Positions 8,826 to 17,277 of a stretch of 64,000 bases of DNA are shown in pieces (position 1 is the stretch's first letter; the number at the start of each line of letters is the position of its first letter). The position numbers and the translations under genes were made by a program. The DNA is taken from contig CAVUSO010000001.1 of assembly GCA_963744145.1 (NCBI GenBank), positions 800,001 to 864,000 of the forward strand, in the 5' to 3' direction. Under the pieces are notes generated by a model that was not told the origin of the DNA, ran no database searches, and saw only the letters and a list, made by a program, of their open reading frames with translations. The stretch is from an uncultured cyanobacterium. Lineage in GTDB: Bacteria > Cyanobacteriota > Cyanobacteriia > Cyanobacteriales > CAWUOF01.

Positions 8826-11515
8826 AAGTCCTCCTGAAATAAACCTAAAGAACACATTATCTGTGGTTCCCGCTTTTGGGCTTCTTCACTGATAATACAC
8901 AAGCGATCGTCCATCCGCAAAGCGACAACTAATTCTGCTAAGTGTAGATCACTAATGCCACTTTTTAATTGACGGTTTATCGTATCGATCGCTGATTGTC
9001 GTAAGGGATAGCGATAAATTTCGTCAATCGCTTTTAATAATTCTTCAGATATAAATATAGTACCCTTCATCTCTTGAGCATAACGCTTAAGCCGTTCATA
9101 AGTGCGAAATCTTGCCCCAGAAGGTCGTCCTAATTGACCACCAGCATGATTCTCTTCCTCTGCGATTAGTTCCGCTCCTTTTTTAACTAATTCATGGTGT
9201 TGATCGTTTCTAGGAATCGCGGGAGTATCTTCTTCACAAGCAGCCATTCGTAGCACTGCTAACTGTGATTGAGTAACACTATTACCATGACGATCGATCC
9301 ATGCTAGGGAATCATTACCCTCAGTTGTTTTCATATATAATAGCACCCCTTCTGTCAATTTTTCATCTCGTTCTGGTTTCCAGTCACCGCAGGTTTTCAA
9401 CACCTCGATTAATGCTTTAGCATCCGCTTGTAAATCACGCTTGAGAATTTTTAGATCAAATAGGGTAGAATGCAGCCACTTAAACCGCTTTTGATAACGA
9501 GTTTGATATTCTTGATAAACTAATTCAGCTCGCTGACGAAAACTATCTTCTGGCTGTAATATCTGCTCTTTAACATCAGCAACTGATTCCTCTCCATCTT
9601 CTATTTCCAAATCAAATAATGTGGCAGCGATCGCATCTGGATCTTCATCATTATTATTGGTATCTAATAACTCTGCATCTTGGGTGCCAATCGGAATATC
9701 TAACTGATTTTCAATTGCATATAAATAGATAAAGTTCCGCAGAATATGGCGTTTAATGGATTGAATAAAAGTCACACCACTGCTTTCGAGACGTTTAAAT
9801 ATATTTGTGCGTGAAAATCCCATTAACCGTCTTCCACCACGAAATAAGCTATTAAGTTGGTGTTGTTCAGTTTCAGTAGGTGGTTGTTTATGCTTTGTAG
9901 CAATGTAATTACCTAACCCATAACGAGGCAAATTTAGTGCATTAATGACTTCTACTACTGACTCAGAATAAAGCTGAGAGTAAGCATCAATATTACTACT
10001 ATTCAAATTAAACTTAACCGTTCTTGGTAAGCGATCGGGAAAATAAGATTGACTACCATTGGCAAATTTTAGATATTTCCGACCAACTGCATCAGTCTCA
10101 GCATAGTTATCTTTAATAAACGAACGAGTACGTCTCACCATGTATCGTTTCATTAACTCTCGCCAATCATCAGGATGTTCACTTTTTTCAAAAGCTGCTA
10201 GCGATCGCACCGAGCATTGATGTTTTCTAATAAACTCTAATTCTCCATCAGCACCTCCTCCTAACTGATTGATTAATCCTTCTGGTCTAACCCCTAAATC
10301 CTGATCTTCTGGTACAAATAACCGCAATTGAGCAGAAAGATCGAGATAAGTTTTATTATAAGGAGTAGCAGATAGCAGAATACATTTACTTTCATTCGCA
10401 GCAATATATTCCTGAATCGCTCGATATCTTTTCCCGTCCCGATTACGCAAGTTATGACTTTCATCTATTAGTACAATGCGGTAACGACGTAAATCAGGCA
10501 AATGATTCTGCACTTTACTAATTGACATCACCTTCGCATATAGACGGTAATTATCTACATATTCCTGCCACATTTTTACTAAGTTTTTTGGACAGATAAT
10601 TAGAGTTTCTAATAAACAGTCTTCTTGTAAAATTTTAGCCAGTGCAGTTCCAACCAACGTTTTACCTAAACCAACCACATCACCCACTAACACCCCACCG
10701 CGTCTAGTCACATGACGAGCAGCTAATTGCACAGCAGCTTTTTGGAAGTCGAATAAATTGTTAAATTCGCGAGGAATCCGAAACTCAGAAAGTCCAGCGA
10801 TCGCTTCGTGAGACAAATGATAAGCAATCTTTAAATATATGTGATAAGGTGGAATTAATTCTTCCCTAGCCCAACTTTGATCAATTATTTCTGCTAGTTC
10901 CTTAGAAATATCTACACAACCATAATCTTGCCAGCGATCGTTAAACCACTTGTGCAATTTATCACCAGCATCATGGTCAAGAATATCAACATTCAATTCA
11001 CCTTGTTTAGCCAATCCAGGTAAAGTTAAATTACTACTACCCAAAAAACCGACAATGGGAGTATTAGGATCATTACGGTGAATTAAATATAACTTAGCAT
11101 GAAGAGGATAGCGCAGAAACAATTTAATAATTACCTTCTGAGTTTTTAACTGATTACTCAACCGTCTCAATCCAGCTTCATCTTGATTAGTGGGCGCACC
11201 AATTATTAATTGCTGACGAAATTCAGCAGCTATTCTTTTTTTTAAACGGAGAATAGCACTATTATCAATCCGCTGTTCACCACCAGCAAGAGTAAAAGCT
11301 GCATAAACTTCATCACTAGGTAAACTTTGCATTCCCACCAATAGACGACAGCAAGCACTTTCTCCACCCACATACTGTTCAACCAATCCGTCAATTTTTT
11401 GCCAACCTCTGAGATTAAAGTAACCAACACAAAAATCAGCCCGATAAGAAACTTTCAATGTCTCTCGTAAACTCGGTAGCAGAGATAAATTAATGTTGTC
11501 AAATATCCGTGGCAT
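8822..11515 (-). CDS. PLD-nuclease / SNF2-type helicase fusion, apparently lacking the helicase C-terminal RecA2 domain
   Basis: HAKLYL..GSSNLT (PLD), GDVVGLGKT (Walker A), DESHNLRN (Walker B) and SATP (motif III). Motifs IV-VI are not seen. Confidence 0.85.
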   Translation of the reverse strand: MPRIFDNINLSLLPSLRETLKVSYRADFCVGYFNLRGWQKIDGLVEQYVGGESACCRLLVGMQSLPSDEVYAAFTLAGGEQRIDNSAILRLKKRIAAEFRQQLIIGAPTNQDEAGLRRLSNQLKTQKVIIKLFLRYPLHAKLYLIHRNDPNTPIVGFLGSSNLTLPGLAKQGELNVDILDHDAGDKLHKWFNDRWQDYGCVDISKELAEIIDQSWAREELIPPYHIYLKIAYHLSHEAIAGLSEFRIPREFNNLFDFQKAAVQLAARHVTRRGGVLVGDVVGLGKTLVGTALAKILQEDCLLETLIICPKNLVKMWQEYVDNYRLYAKVMSISKVQNHLPDLRRYRIVLIDESHNLRNRDGKRYRAIQEYIAANESKCILLSATPYNKTYLDLSAQLRLFVPEDQDLGVRPEGLINQLGGGADGELEFIRKHQCSVRSLAAFEKSEHPDDWRELMKRYMVRRTRSFIKDNYAETDAVGRKYLKFANGSQSYFPDRLPRTVKFNLNSSNIDAYSQLYSESVVEVINALNLPRYGLGNYIATKHKQPPTETEQHQLNSLFRGGRRLMGFSRTNIFKRLESSGVTFIQSIKRHILRNFIYLYAIENQLDIPIGTQDAELLDTNNNDEDPDAIAATLFDLEIEDGEESVADVKEQILQPEDSFRQRAELVYQEYQTRYQKRFKWLHSTLFDLKILKRDLQADAKALIEVLKTCGDWKPERDEKLTEGVLLYMKTTEGNDSLAWIDRHGNSVTQSQLAVLRMAACEEDTPAIPRNDQHHELVKKGAELIAEEENHAGGQLGRPSGARFRTYERLKRYAQEMKGTIFISEELLKAIDEIYRYPLRQSAIDTINRQLKSGISDLHLAELVVALRMDDRLCIISEEAQKREPQIMCSLGLFQEDL

Positions 11516-11591
11516 TTTTTCTATCCCTTACAAGCTGCATCCTGCGTGTCCTTTTGGCAATTTTCCTAAATTATACTTTAACGCTAAGTGA

Positions 11592-11830
11592 TGGAAAATG
11601 ATCACGATGTATTGCCAATATTGGATCAGCTCTTCCCGATCGCTACCTCGATCTAAGACGGGGTTACAAAAAAAAGAAACCGAATTTCCTCGCAACATTT
11701 GGAAAGGATTATATTGTTTACACTTTCTTGGTCAAATTGGGGCAAGTTTGGGATTAGAGCTGTAAAGAAGAAGAAGTTTTAATTTTTGAGAAAGTTAAAG
11801 AACTAATAGATGCAGAAGATATTTCTGGTC
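11592..11830 (+). pseudogene. Degenerate, internally deleted copy of 4590..5093
   Basis: Shares TGTATTGCCAATA..CCCGATCGCTACCTCGAT..GGAAAGGATTATATTG..AAGAAGAAGAAGTTTT with the intact gene, but has frameshifts. Confidence 0.85.
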
Positions 11831-11832
11831 TA

Positions 11833-11951
11833 ATCCGGTTCAGTTAAGAATGTTTTGGGAGATATCGGCAAAGAAGGGCGAAGCATTCGGATATAATATT
11901 AACGGACTTGAGCAATAAATGATCGCCCGAATGCTTCGCCCCTACAGTTAA
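11833..11951. repeat. REP-MITE family A copy
   Basis: GGTTCAGTTAA...GGGCGAAGCATTCGG...CCGAATGCTTCGCCCCTACAGTTAA. Confidence 0.85.
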
Positions 11952-12044
11952 TCGCATTCCTCTACAAATGCACCATGAAATAAGAAATATCTCTCTCGAC
12001 CATTAACCACTAAATATATTTGGTCTTTTTACTCAATTAGATCT

Positions 12045-12297
12045 CAATACGGTTCAGTTAATAATATTTTGAGCGATATCGGCGAAGAAGGGTGAAGCAT
12101 TCGGATCTAATATTAACGCCCTTCGACTACGCCCTTCGACTCCCCCTTCGACTACCCTTCGACTACGCCCTTCGACTCCGCTCAGGGTAAACTCAGGGCA
12201 AGCGCTCAGGGCAAGGCTCAGGGAGCACTCAGGGTAAAATTTAAGTTATAACTTATCGCCCGAATGCTTCACCCCTACAATTCACTGAACTGGATGG
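12045..12297. mobile_element. REP-MITE family A copy carrying nested 24-nt inserts
   Basis: Ends are CAATACGGTTCAGTTAA and a degenerate TTCACTGAACTGGATGG, with an internal REP hairpin. Confidence 0.85.
12119..12238. repeat. Five nested copies of the 24-nt element CCCTTCGACT(A/C)CGCTCAGGGNNNN (small dispersed repeat)
   Basis: Four left halves, one intact unit and four right halves. Each left/right pair sums to exactly 24 nt. Confidence 0.95.
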
Positions 12298-12309
12298 AAA
12301 TATAAATGA

Positions 12310-12873
12310 TTAAGTTAAATATAGACATTGAAATAAACTATTCACTGCTACTTGCCAATCACCTAATACATCTAAGCCTGTTAAAATTTCATCACCTGAT
12401 TTAACAATCGGAGGGCGATCGCGTTCAAAAACTATCACAGATTCATCATCAGGATTCATAAACCAACCTAATTTTGTACCATGATTTAAACAAAAGGTAA
12501 TTTTCTTAATTACCCGACTAGCAGATTGTTCAGGAGAGAGAATTTCAATTGTCCAATCCGGCGCAATTTCAAAGCGATCGGCAATTCTTCCTTTCTGATC
12601 TTTGGGAATACGCGACCATTCAAATACTGTCACATCGGGCACAACTGAACCACCACCAAAAGTACAGCGTAATTCAGGAAAAGCATAAGCTAATTTTTGA
12701 GAGTTACCAACTGCATTAATCTTAGTTCCTAAATTCATTTGCAAAATGCTATGTTTTCCTTGGGGCATAGGTTTTTGATAAATATCTCCATCAATGTAAT
12801 CGCTAGCAGGTTCAGTTTCTGGCAATGACAAAAACTCTGGTAATGAAATTTTCTGAGATGATTGAACTATCAT
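12310..12873 (-). CDS. Uma2 family endonuclease
   Basis: Near-identical to 8262..8825. Confidence 0.93.
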   Translation of the reverse strand: MIVQSSQKISLPEFLSLPETEPASDYIDGDIYQKPMPQGKHSILQMNLGTKINAVGNSQKLAYAFPELRCTFGGGSVVPDVTVFEWSRIPKDQKGRIADRFEIAPDWTIEILSPEQSASRVIKKITFCLNHGTKLGWFMNPDDESVIVFERDRPPIVKSGDEILTGLDVLGDWQVAVNSLFQCLYLT

Positions 12874-13075
12874 AAGTCCTCCTGAAATCAACCTAACAAA
12901 CAAATTATCTGTGGTTACTCTGATTAGTTCTGCTCTTTGGTTTTCATAGATAATAGCACGTCTTCAGGCTGTAAAGGTGAAGGAGGTTGAGAAGTACCTG
13001 GGAAGAATCATCTTCAAAAAACATCTCACCAGTTCCGACTACTTCAGCATTTTCTTGTAACCGTTGCTGAAAACG
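12874..13075 (-). pseudogene. Degraded helicase 3' remnant
   Basis: Reads RFQQRLQENAEVVGTGEMF..EDDSSQVLLNL, QPEDVLLSMKT and PQIICLLG*FQEDL. Confidence 0.75.
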
Positions 13076-13445
13076 CGATCGCTACCTCGATCCAAGACGA
13101 GGTTACAAAAAAGAAACCGAATTTCCTCGCAACAGTTGGAAAGGATTATATTGTTGACACTTTCTTGGTCAAATTGGGGCAAGTTCAGTTAATTGTAGGG
13201 GCGAAGCATGTTTAGCGACAATTGAACAATCAAAGCAGTAATATTATATCCGAATGCTGATGCCGTAGGCATCGCTACGCGAACGCCCTTCTTCGCCGAG
13301 ATCTCCCAAAAAAAGATGGTAACTGAACCGTATTGATTTATGGTCAAGCTCTATCTTGGGAATTAAATAAGTCTAAATCAAATCGGCTCATCCCCAAAAT
13401 AGAAGATCCTCTTATGCGATCGCATTCCTCTACAAACGCACCCTG
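13075..13445 (+). pseudogene. Second degenerate copy of 4590..5093, interrupted by a MITE
   Basis: 13075-13185 matches about 4631-4740, and 13340-13445 matches about 4988-5093. Confidence 0.85.
13184..13335. mobile_element. REP-MITE family A copy (inverted) with a short insert
   Basis: GTTCAGTTAATTGTAGGGGCGAAGCAT...AACTGAACCGTATTG, with insert GATGCCGTAGGCATCGCTACGCGAA. Confidence 0.85.
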
Positions 13446-13512
13446 AAATAAGAAATATCTCTCTCGACCATTACCGACTAAATATACTTGGTCTTTTTAC
13501 TCAATTATATTT

Positions 13513-13692
13513 CAATACGGTTCAGTTAAGAATATTTTGGGAGATATCGGCGAAGAAGGGCGTTCGCGTAGCGATGCCTACGGCATCAGCATTCGGATAT
13601 AATATTAACAGGCTTGAGCAATAAATGATCGCCCGAATGCTCTGCCTACGGCACGCTACGCGAACGCCCCTACAGTTAACTGAATTGTATTG
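13513..13692. mobile_element. REP-MITE family A copy with two short inserts
   Basis: Terminal inverted repeats CAATACGGTTCAGTTAA / TTAACTGAATTGTATTG. Confidence 0.88.
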
Positions 13693-13700
13693 AATTATAT

Positions 13701-16154
13701 CTATTTTATTTCATCAGGAATAGCCCACTCTTGTTCAATTCTCTCTAACTCTTTAGCCGCTCCCAATTGCTGAAAGATTTGGTGGGCTGTATCGTAATGT
13801 TGTTGAGCAAGTTCAGGATTACCGCGCCGTCGTTCAAGTTGAGCTAGATCGTAGTTAGCTTCAGCAATATGCCAAGTCATTCCCAATTCTTGCACTTTTA
13901 CCAAAGCTTCTTTTAATAATTTTTCGGCTTTATCTAAATTGCCTTTACGGAGTTCATTTTCTCCTAAACAACCTATTGATATAGCGATACCTTGCCAATC
14001 GCCCAATTCTGTCCTAAGTTCTAAAGATTGGCGATAGAGGCGTTCGGCGGCATCCCAGTTCCCTCGCTTAAGCTCGATATCTCCCAACATATCCCAAGAT
14101 GTTGCCATCCCACTTTTATTTTCCTTTTCTTGTTCAATGGCTAAGGCATCTTGAAAATATTTCTCTGCTAAATCCCAATTTCCCGCATCTCTATAGACTC
14201 TACCGATTTGCCTTAAGCAAATGGGACGGTCATCGTCATCAACTTTGGGTAAAATCTGCTCATATAAGTCTTTTAATAAATTCCAATGCCCCCAAGGACG
14301 AAGATATTCTTCTAACTTCCCCATCACTAAGCTAGAAGCCTCGCTGTAATTTCCTAACTGAAAAGCAAAATATTGTGCTTCTAAAATTGGTTGCAAATCT
14401 GCTAAATTCTGAGGATTTTCGACATTCTTACCCGAACTATAAAACTTATAAATGCTTTCCATCAATTTGGGTAATTCTGCTTGATATTCCTTTTGCAAAA
14501 ACTCCACAATGACACGATGCAGGTCATAAAAATCTTCTCCCTGTTGTTCATCGTAACGACTTTGCACCAAACTGCTATCTAGCAAGCCCTTTAAAATTAA
14601 TTGTGTTTCCCTAATTTCTATTTCTGTAAATTCAGCAGGTTCTTCTAATATTCCTGCCATTTCAAATCTGTCATCTTTTTCCCAATCATCGGTGTACAAT
14701 CGCAAGAAAGTTAAACCTCGAATATCTATCCCTACCCGCAAAACACACATCCGTCGCAGTAAATCTCTTGCTGCTTCGCTTTGTCGCGATAGTTGTTCTC
14801 GCAAGATTGGTTCTATCTTGCGCGTTACTAATTCTGGATGTTTGCGAAGATATCCCGGTTTATCTTTCCCCAAACTAATTAATTGGTCGCATTCTGGCGC
14901 TTGAGCTTGACCTGCTTGAGGATGACTAGCTGGATGCAAAATATCTTCTAGGTTATCCAAAAAAAATATGCAGCGATGTTTGCGTAAACCAGTCAAAATC
15001 AGGTTAATTTTTTGGGTGGCATCTTTAATAGTTTCGTTAACTTCTATTTGCAACCAGCGCAACAGCAATCCCGCTACTTCATCAAAACTGCTACCTGTTT
15101 GTGCTTTAAAACACAGGGCACAATGATAAGGACTATCTGCGGTTAAGGTTTCTGTGGTGAATTTTGCACCTAATGCTTCTAGTAGTTTAGTCCCTAGACT
15201 AGATTTGCCAATACCCCCTTGTCCTACCAATACCAGCATTTTCAGGGTTGAATCTGGTGTCAGTAATTGATCTTTGAGTTGTTGTAACAGTTCATCACGC
15301 CCCACCCATACGGGAACTGGACGAATTGCTTCTATCCCAAATAGTCTTTTTTCTTTAGCTTGACTAGGAGTAACTGCGATCGCGGTTTGCTGTTCAACCG
15401 CACCTAAAGTTGGCCAAAAATTAATCGGTTCTCCTGCGGTATTAGTGCGAAATCGCTGCCGAAACGTACTCAGTTTAGGATCATTTCGCAGTTCGTCATT
15501 AATAAAAGCATCTAAATTTTTACTATTAATCCATTTTCCCGGCGGATTTTGCTCAACACTCAATCCCCGTAACAGTAGAGATGTCAGTAAACCATGACCT
15601 TCCACTCCTATTGCTTCCTCGAACTTGCGACAAGCTGCAATAAAGGAACGATTCACATTTTCTCGACCCCGATTTTGGGGATTTGCCTGATCAAACGTGA
15701 GATTAGTAAATTCTCCACTATGGCAACAGTCTAACCAAACTATCTGATTGCGGACTGGACTATCAATTAATTCCTCAAATAGCCAGTCAAAGGGAATACC
15801 CCATTTTTCTCTACTCGGATCGACATCACTAGGGGCTAAATATCCCTTAAATTTATTTCTTGGTAAGGGTTGTTGTAACCCATGTCCCGCAAAAAACAAC
15901 AATGCTGTCTCTGGACAATCATCACCAGGATTAAATAGCTGAGAGATTTCCTCTCGGAGACTTTTCCCTTTCACCGTCCCCTTTTCTTCAACCTGATTAG
16001 CCCCATTCTGGTAGATTTCAGGTAGCAATGTCACCTCAAAATTACCGTGCTTTCTCAGGAGACGGGCAATTTCCTCTGCATCCCTTGCAGCATATTGCAA
16101 ATTTTGGAAATAAGGATATCGATTGATCCCCACTACTAACCCTGACCTGATCAT
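13701..16154 (-). CDS. Caspase-like (peptidase C14) - STAND NTPase (NB-ARC-like) - TPR protein
   Basis: FFAGHG and LDCCHSG catalytic dyad, WVGR..GQGGIGKS (Walker A), FFLDNLE (Walker B), and C-terminal TPRs. Confidence 0.9.
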   Translation of the reverse strand: MIRSGLVVGINRYPYFQNLQYAARDAEEIARLLRKHGNFEVTLLPEIYQNGANQVEEKGTVKGKSLREEISQLFNPGDDCPETALLFFAGHGLQQPLPRNKFKGYLAPSDVDPSREKWGIPFDWLFEELIDSPVRNQIVWLDCCHSGEFTNLTFDQANPQNRGRENVNRSFIAACRKFEEAIGVEGHGLLTSLLLRGLSVEQNPPGKWINSKNLDAFINDELRNDPKLSTFRQRFRTNTAGEPINFWPTLGAVEQQTAIAVTPSQAKEKRLFGIEAIRPVPVWVGRDELLQQLKDQLLTPDSTLKMLVLVGQGGIGKSSLGTKLLEALGAKFTTETLTADSPYHCALCFKAQTGSSFDEVAGLLLRWLQIEVNETIKDATQKINLILTGLRKHRCIFFLDNLEDILHPASHPQAGQAQAPECDQLISLGKDKPGYLRKHPELVTRKIEPILREQLSRQSEAARDLLRRMCVLRVGIDIRGLTFLRLYTDDWEKDDRFEMAGILEEPAEFTEIEIRETQLILKGLLDSSLVQSRYDEQQGEDFYDLHRVIVEFLQKEYQAELPKLMESIYKFYSSGKNVENPQNLADLQPILEAQYFAFQLGNYSEASSLVMGKLEEYLRPWGHWNLLKDLYEQILPKVDDDDRPICLRQIGRVYRDAGNWDLAEKYFQDALAIEQEKENKSGMATSWDMLGDIELKRGNWDAAERLYRQSLELRTELGDWQGIAISIGCLGENELRKGNLDKAEKLLKEALVKVQELGMTWHIAEANYDLAQLERRRGNPELAQQHYDTAHQIFQQLGAAKELERIEQEWAIPDEIK

Positions 16155-16373
16155 TGGTAATTAATGATTTGGATTGGAAAAGGCTTGCTGAATGTTCTAT
16201 CTTCATTTAACTGAGGTAAGGCAGGATCTTAAGCAAATCTTCAAGGATTGTTACTTGGTAAAAAATCATGGGTTGGGATTGCTTCACTTTGTCCCGCTAC
16301 ATTTGACAGCATCGATTTGGTACTGGTGGGATGGTTTTGGCGATCGCCGCTATGGTTTGAGTACATTATTACG

Positions 16374-16627
16374 ATTCAGTTAACTGTAGGGGCAAAGCAT
16401 TTCGGCGAATAAATTATAGCCCAAACGAAGAATAATGTGACCGAAATGCTTTGCCCTCACCATCTATGCAACCAACAGATCAACTATATATAATAAAATC
16501 CAATTTAGATATCTCGGCGCAGAAATGGGTGAAGCATTCGGATCTAATCAGGGAGCACTCAGGGTAAAATTTAAGTTATAAATTATCGCCCGAATGCTTC
16601 ACCCCTACGATTAACTGAACTGGATGG
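16374..16627. repeat. Composite REP/MITE, inverted counterpart of 1210-1402, with a remnant of the 24-nt nest
   Basis: Same units as 1210-1402 in reverse complement. CAGGGAGCACTCAGGGTAAA at about 16549-16568. Confidence 0.85.
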
Positions 16628-16639
16628 AAATATAAATGA

Positions 16640-16861
16640 TTAAGTTAAATATAGACATTGAAATAAACTATTCACTGAAACTTGCCAATCACCTAATACA
16701 TCTAAACCTGTTAAAATTTCATCACCTGATTTAACAATCGGGGCGCGATCGCGTTCAAAAACTATCACAGATTCATCATCAGGATTCATAAACCAACCTA
16801 ATTTTGTCCCATGATTTAAACAAAAAGTAATTTTCTTAATTACCCGACTAGCAGATTGTTC
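16640..16861 (-). pseudogene. Uma2 3' fragment
   Basis: Near-identical to 12310-12531. Confidence 0.9.
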
Positions 16862-16989
16862 TTAGTTAATGGCGATCGCGATCTGATCAAGCGATTAATT
16901 ACTCAAATTCAAAAAAAAACAACCTGGTAAAACGATTGATTGGTACTAGCGAGAAAATCATTTGGGATTTAGAACGCGATCGAAGCTAA
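16862..16989 (+). pseudogene. C-terminal remnant of a small cyanobacterial protein
   Basis: LVNGDRDLIKRLITQIQKKQPGKTIDWY / EKIIWDLERDRS*, with a frameshift and no start codon. Confidence 0.5.
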
Positions 16990-17277
16990 TCGCCCATTAA
17001 AGGTAAACTTTACTGCTCATTTGCTAAAAGGTTGTCTCCACTTCTCCCACATCTGGCGATTAAAGGGCGATCGCTTTCCATCTGTCTCAACTATGATCGC
17101 ACCTCACCGAATATGGACAATTGGGGAATTTGGGGTAGCGATCAATTAAATTGCCTCAACCCAGGAAAAAGGCCAAGGAAATATTGGCGGTTGATATTGC
17201 CAGCAATTTAGATTAATATGATCAGAGAAAAGCTCGGGAAAACCTCAATCCTGATTAAGGATTAACGAAAAATCAGC

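Noticed and set aside
12119..12238. Mini-CRISPR or simple tandem repeat
   Set aside because: There are no spacers, and the structure resolves exactly as nested 24-mers.
5148..12903. Uma2 variable helix as a DGR target or invertase shufflon
   Set aside because: Differences are not A-specific, all copies are co-oriented, and no recombinase or RT is present.
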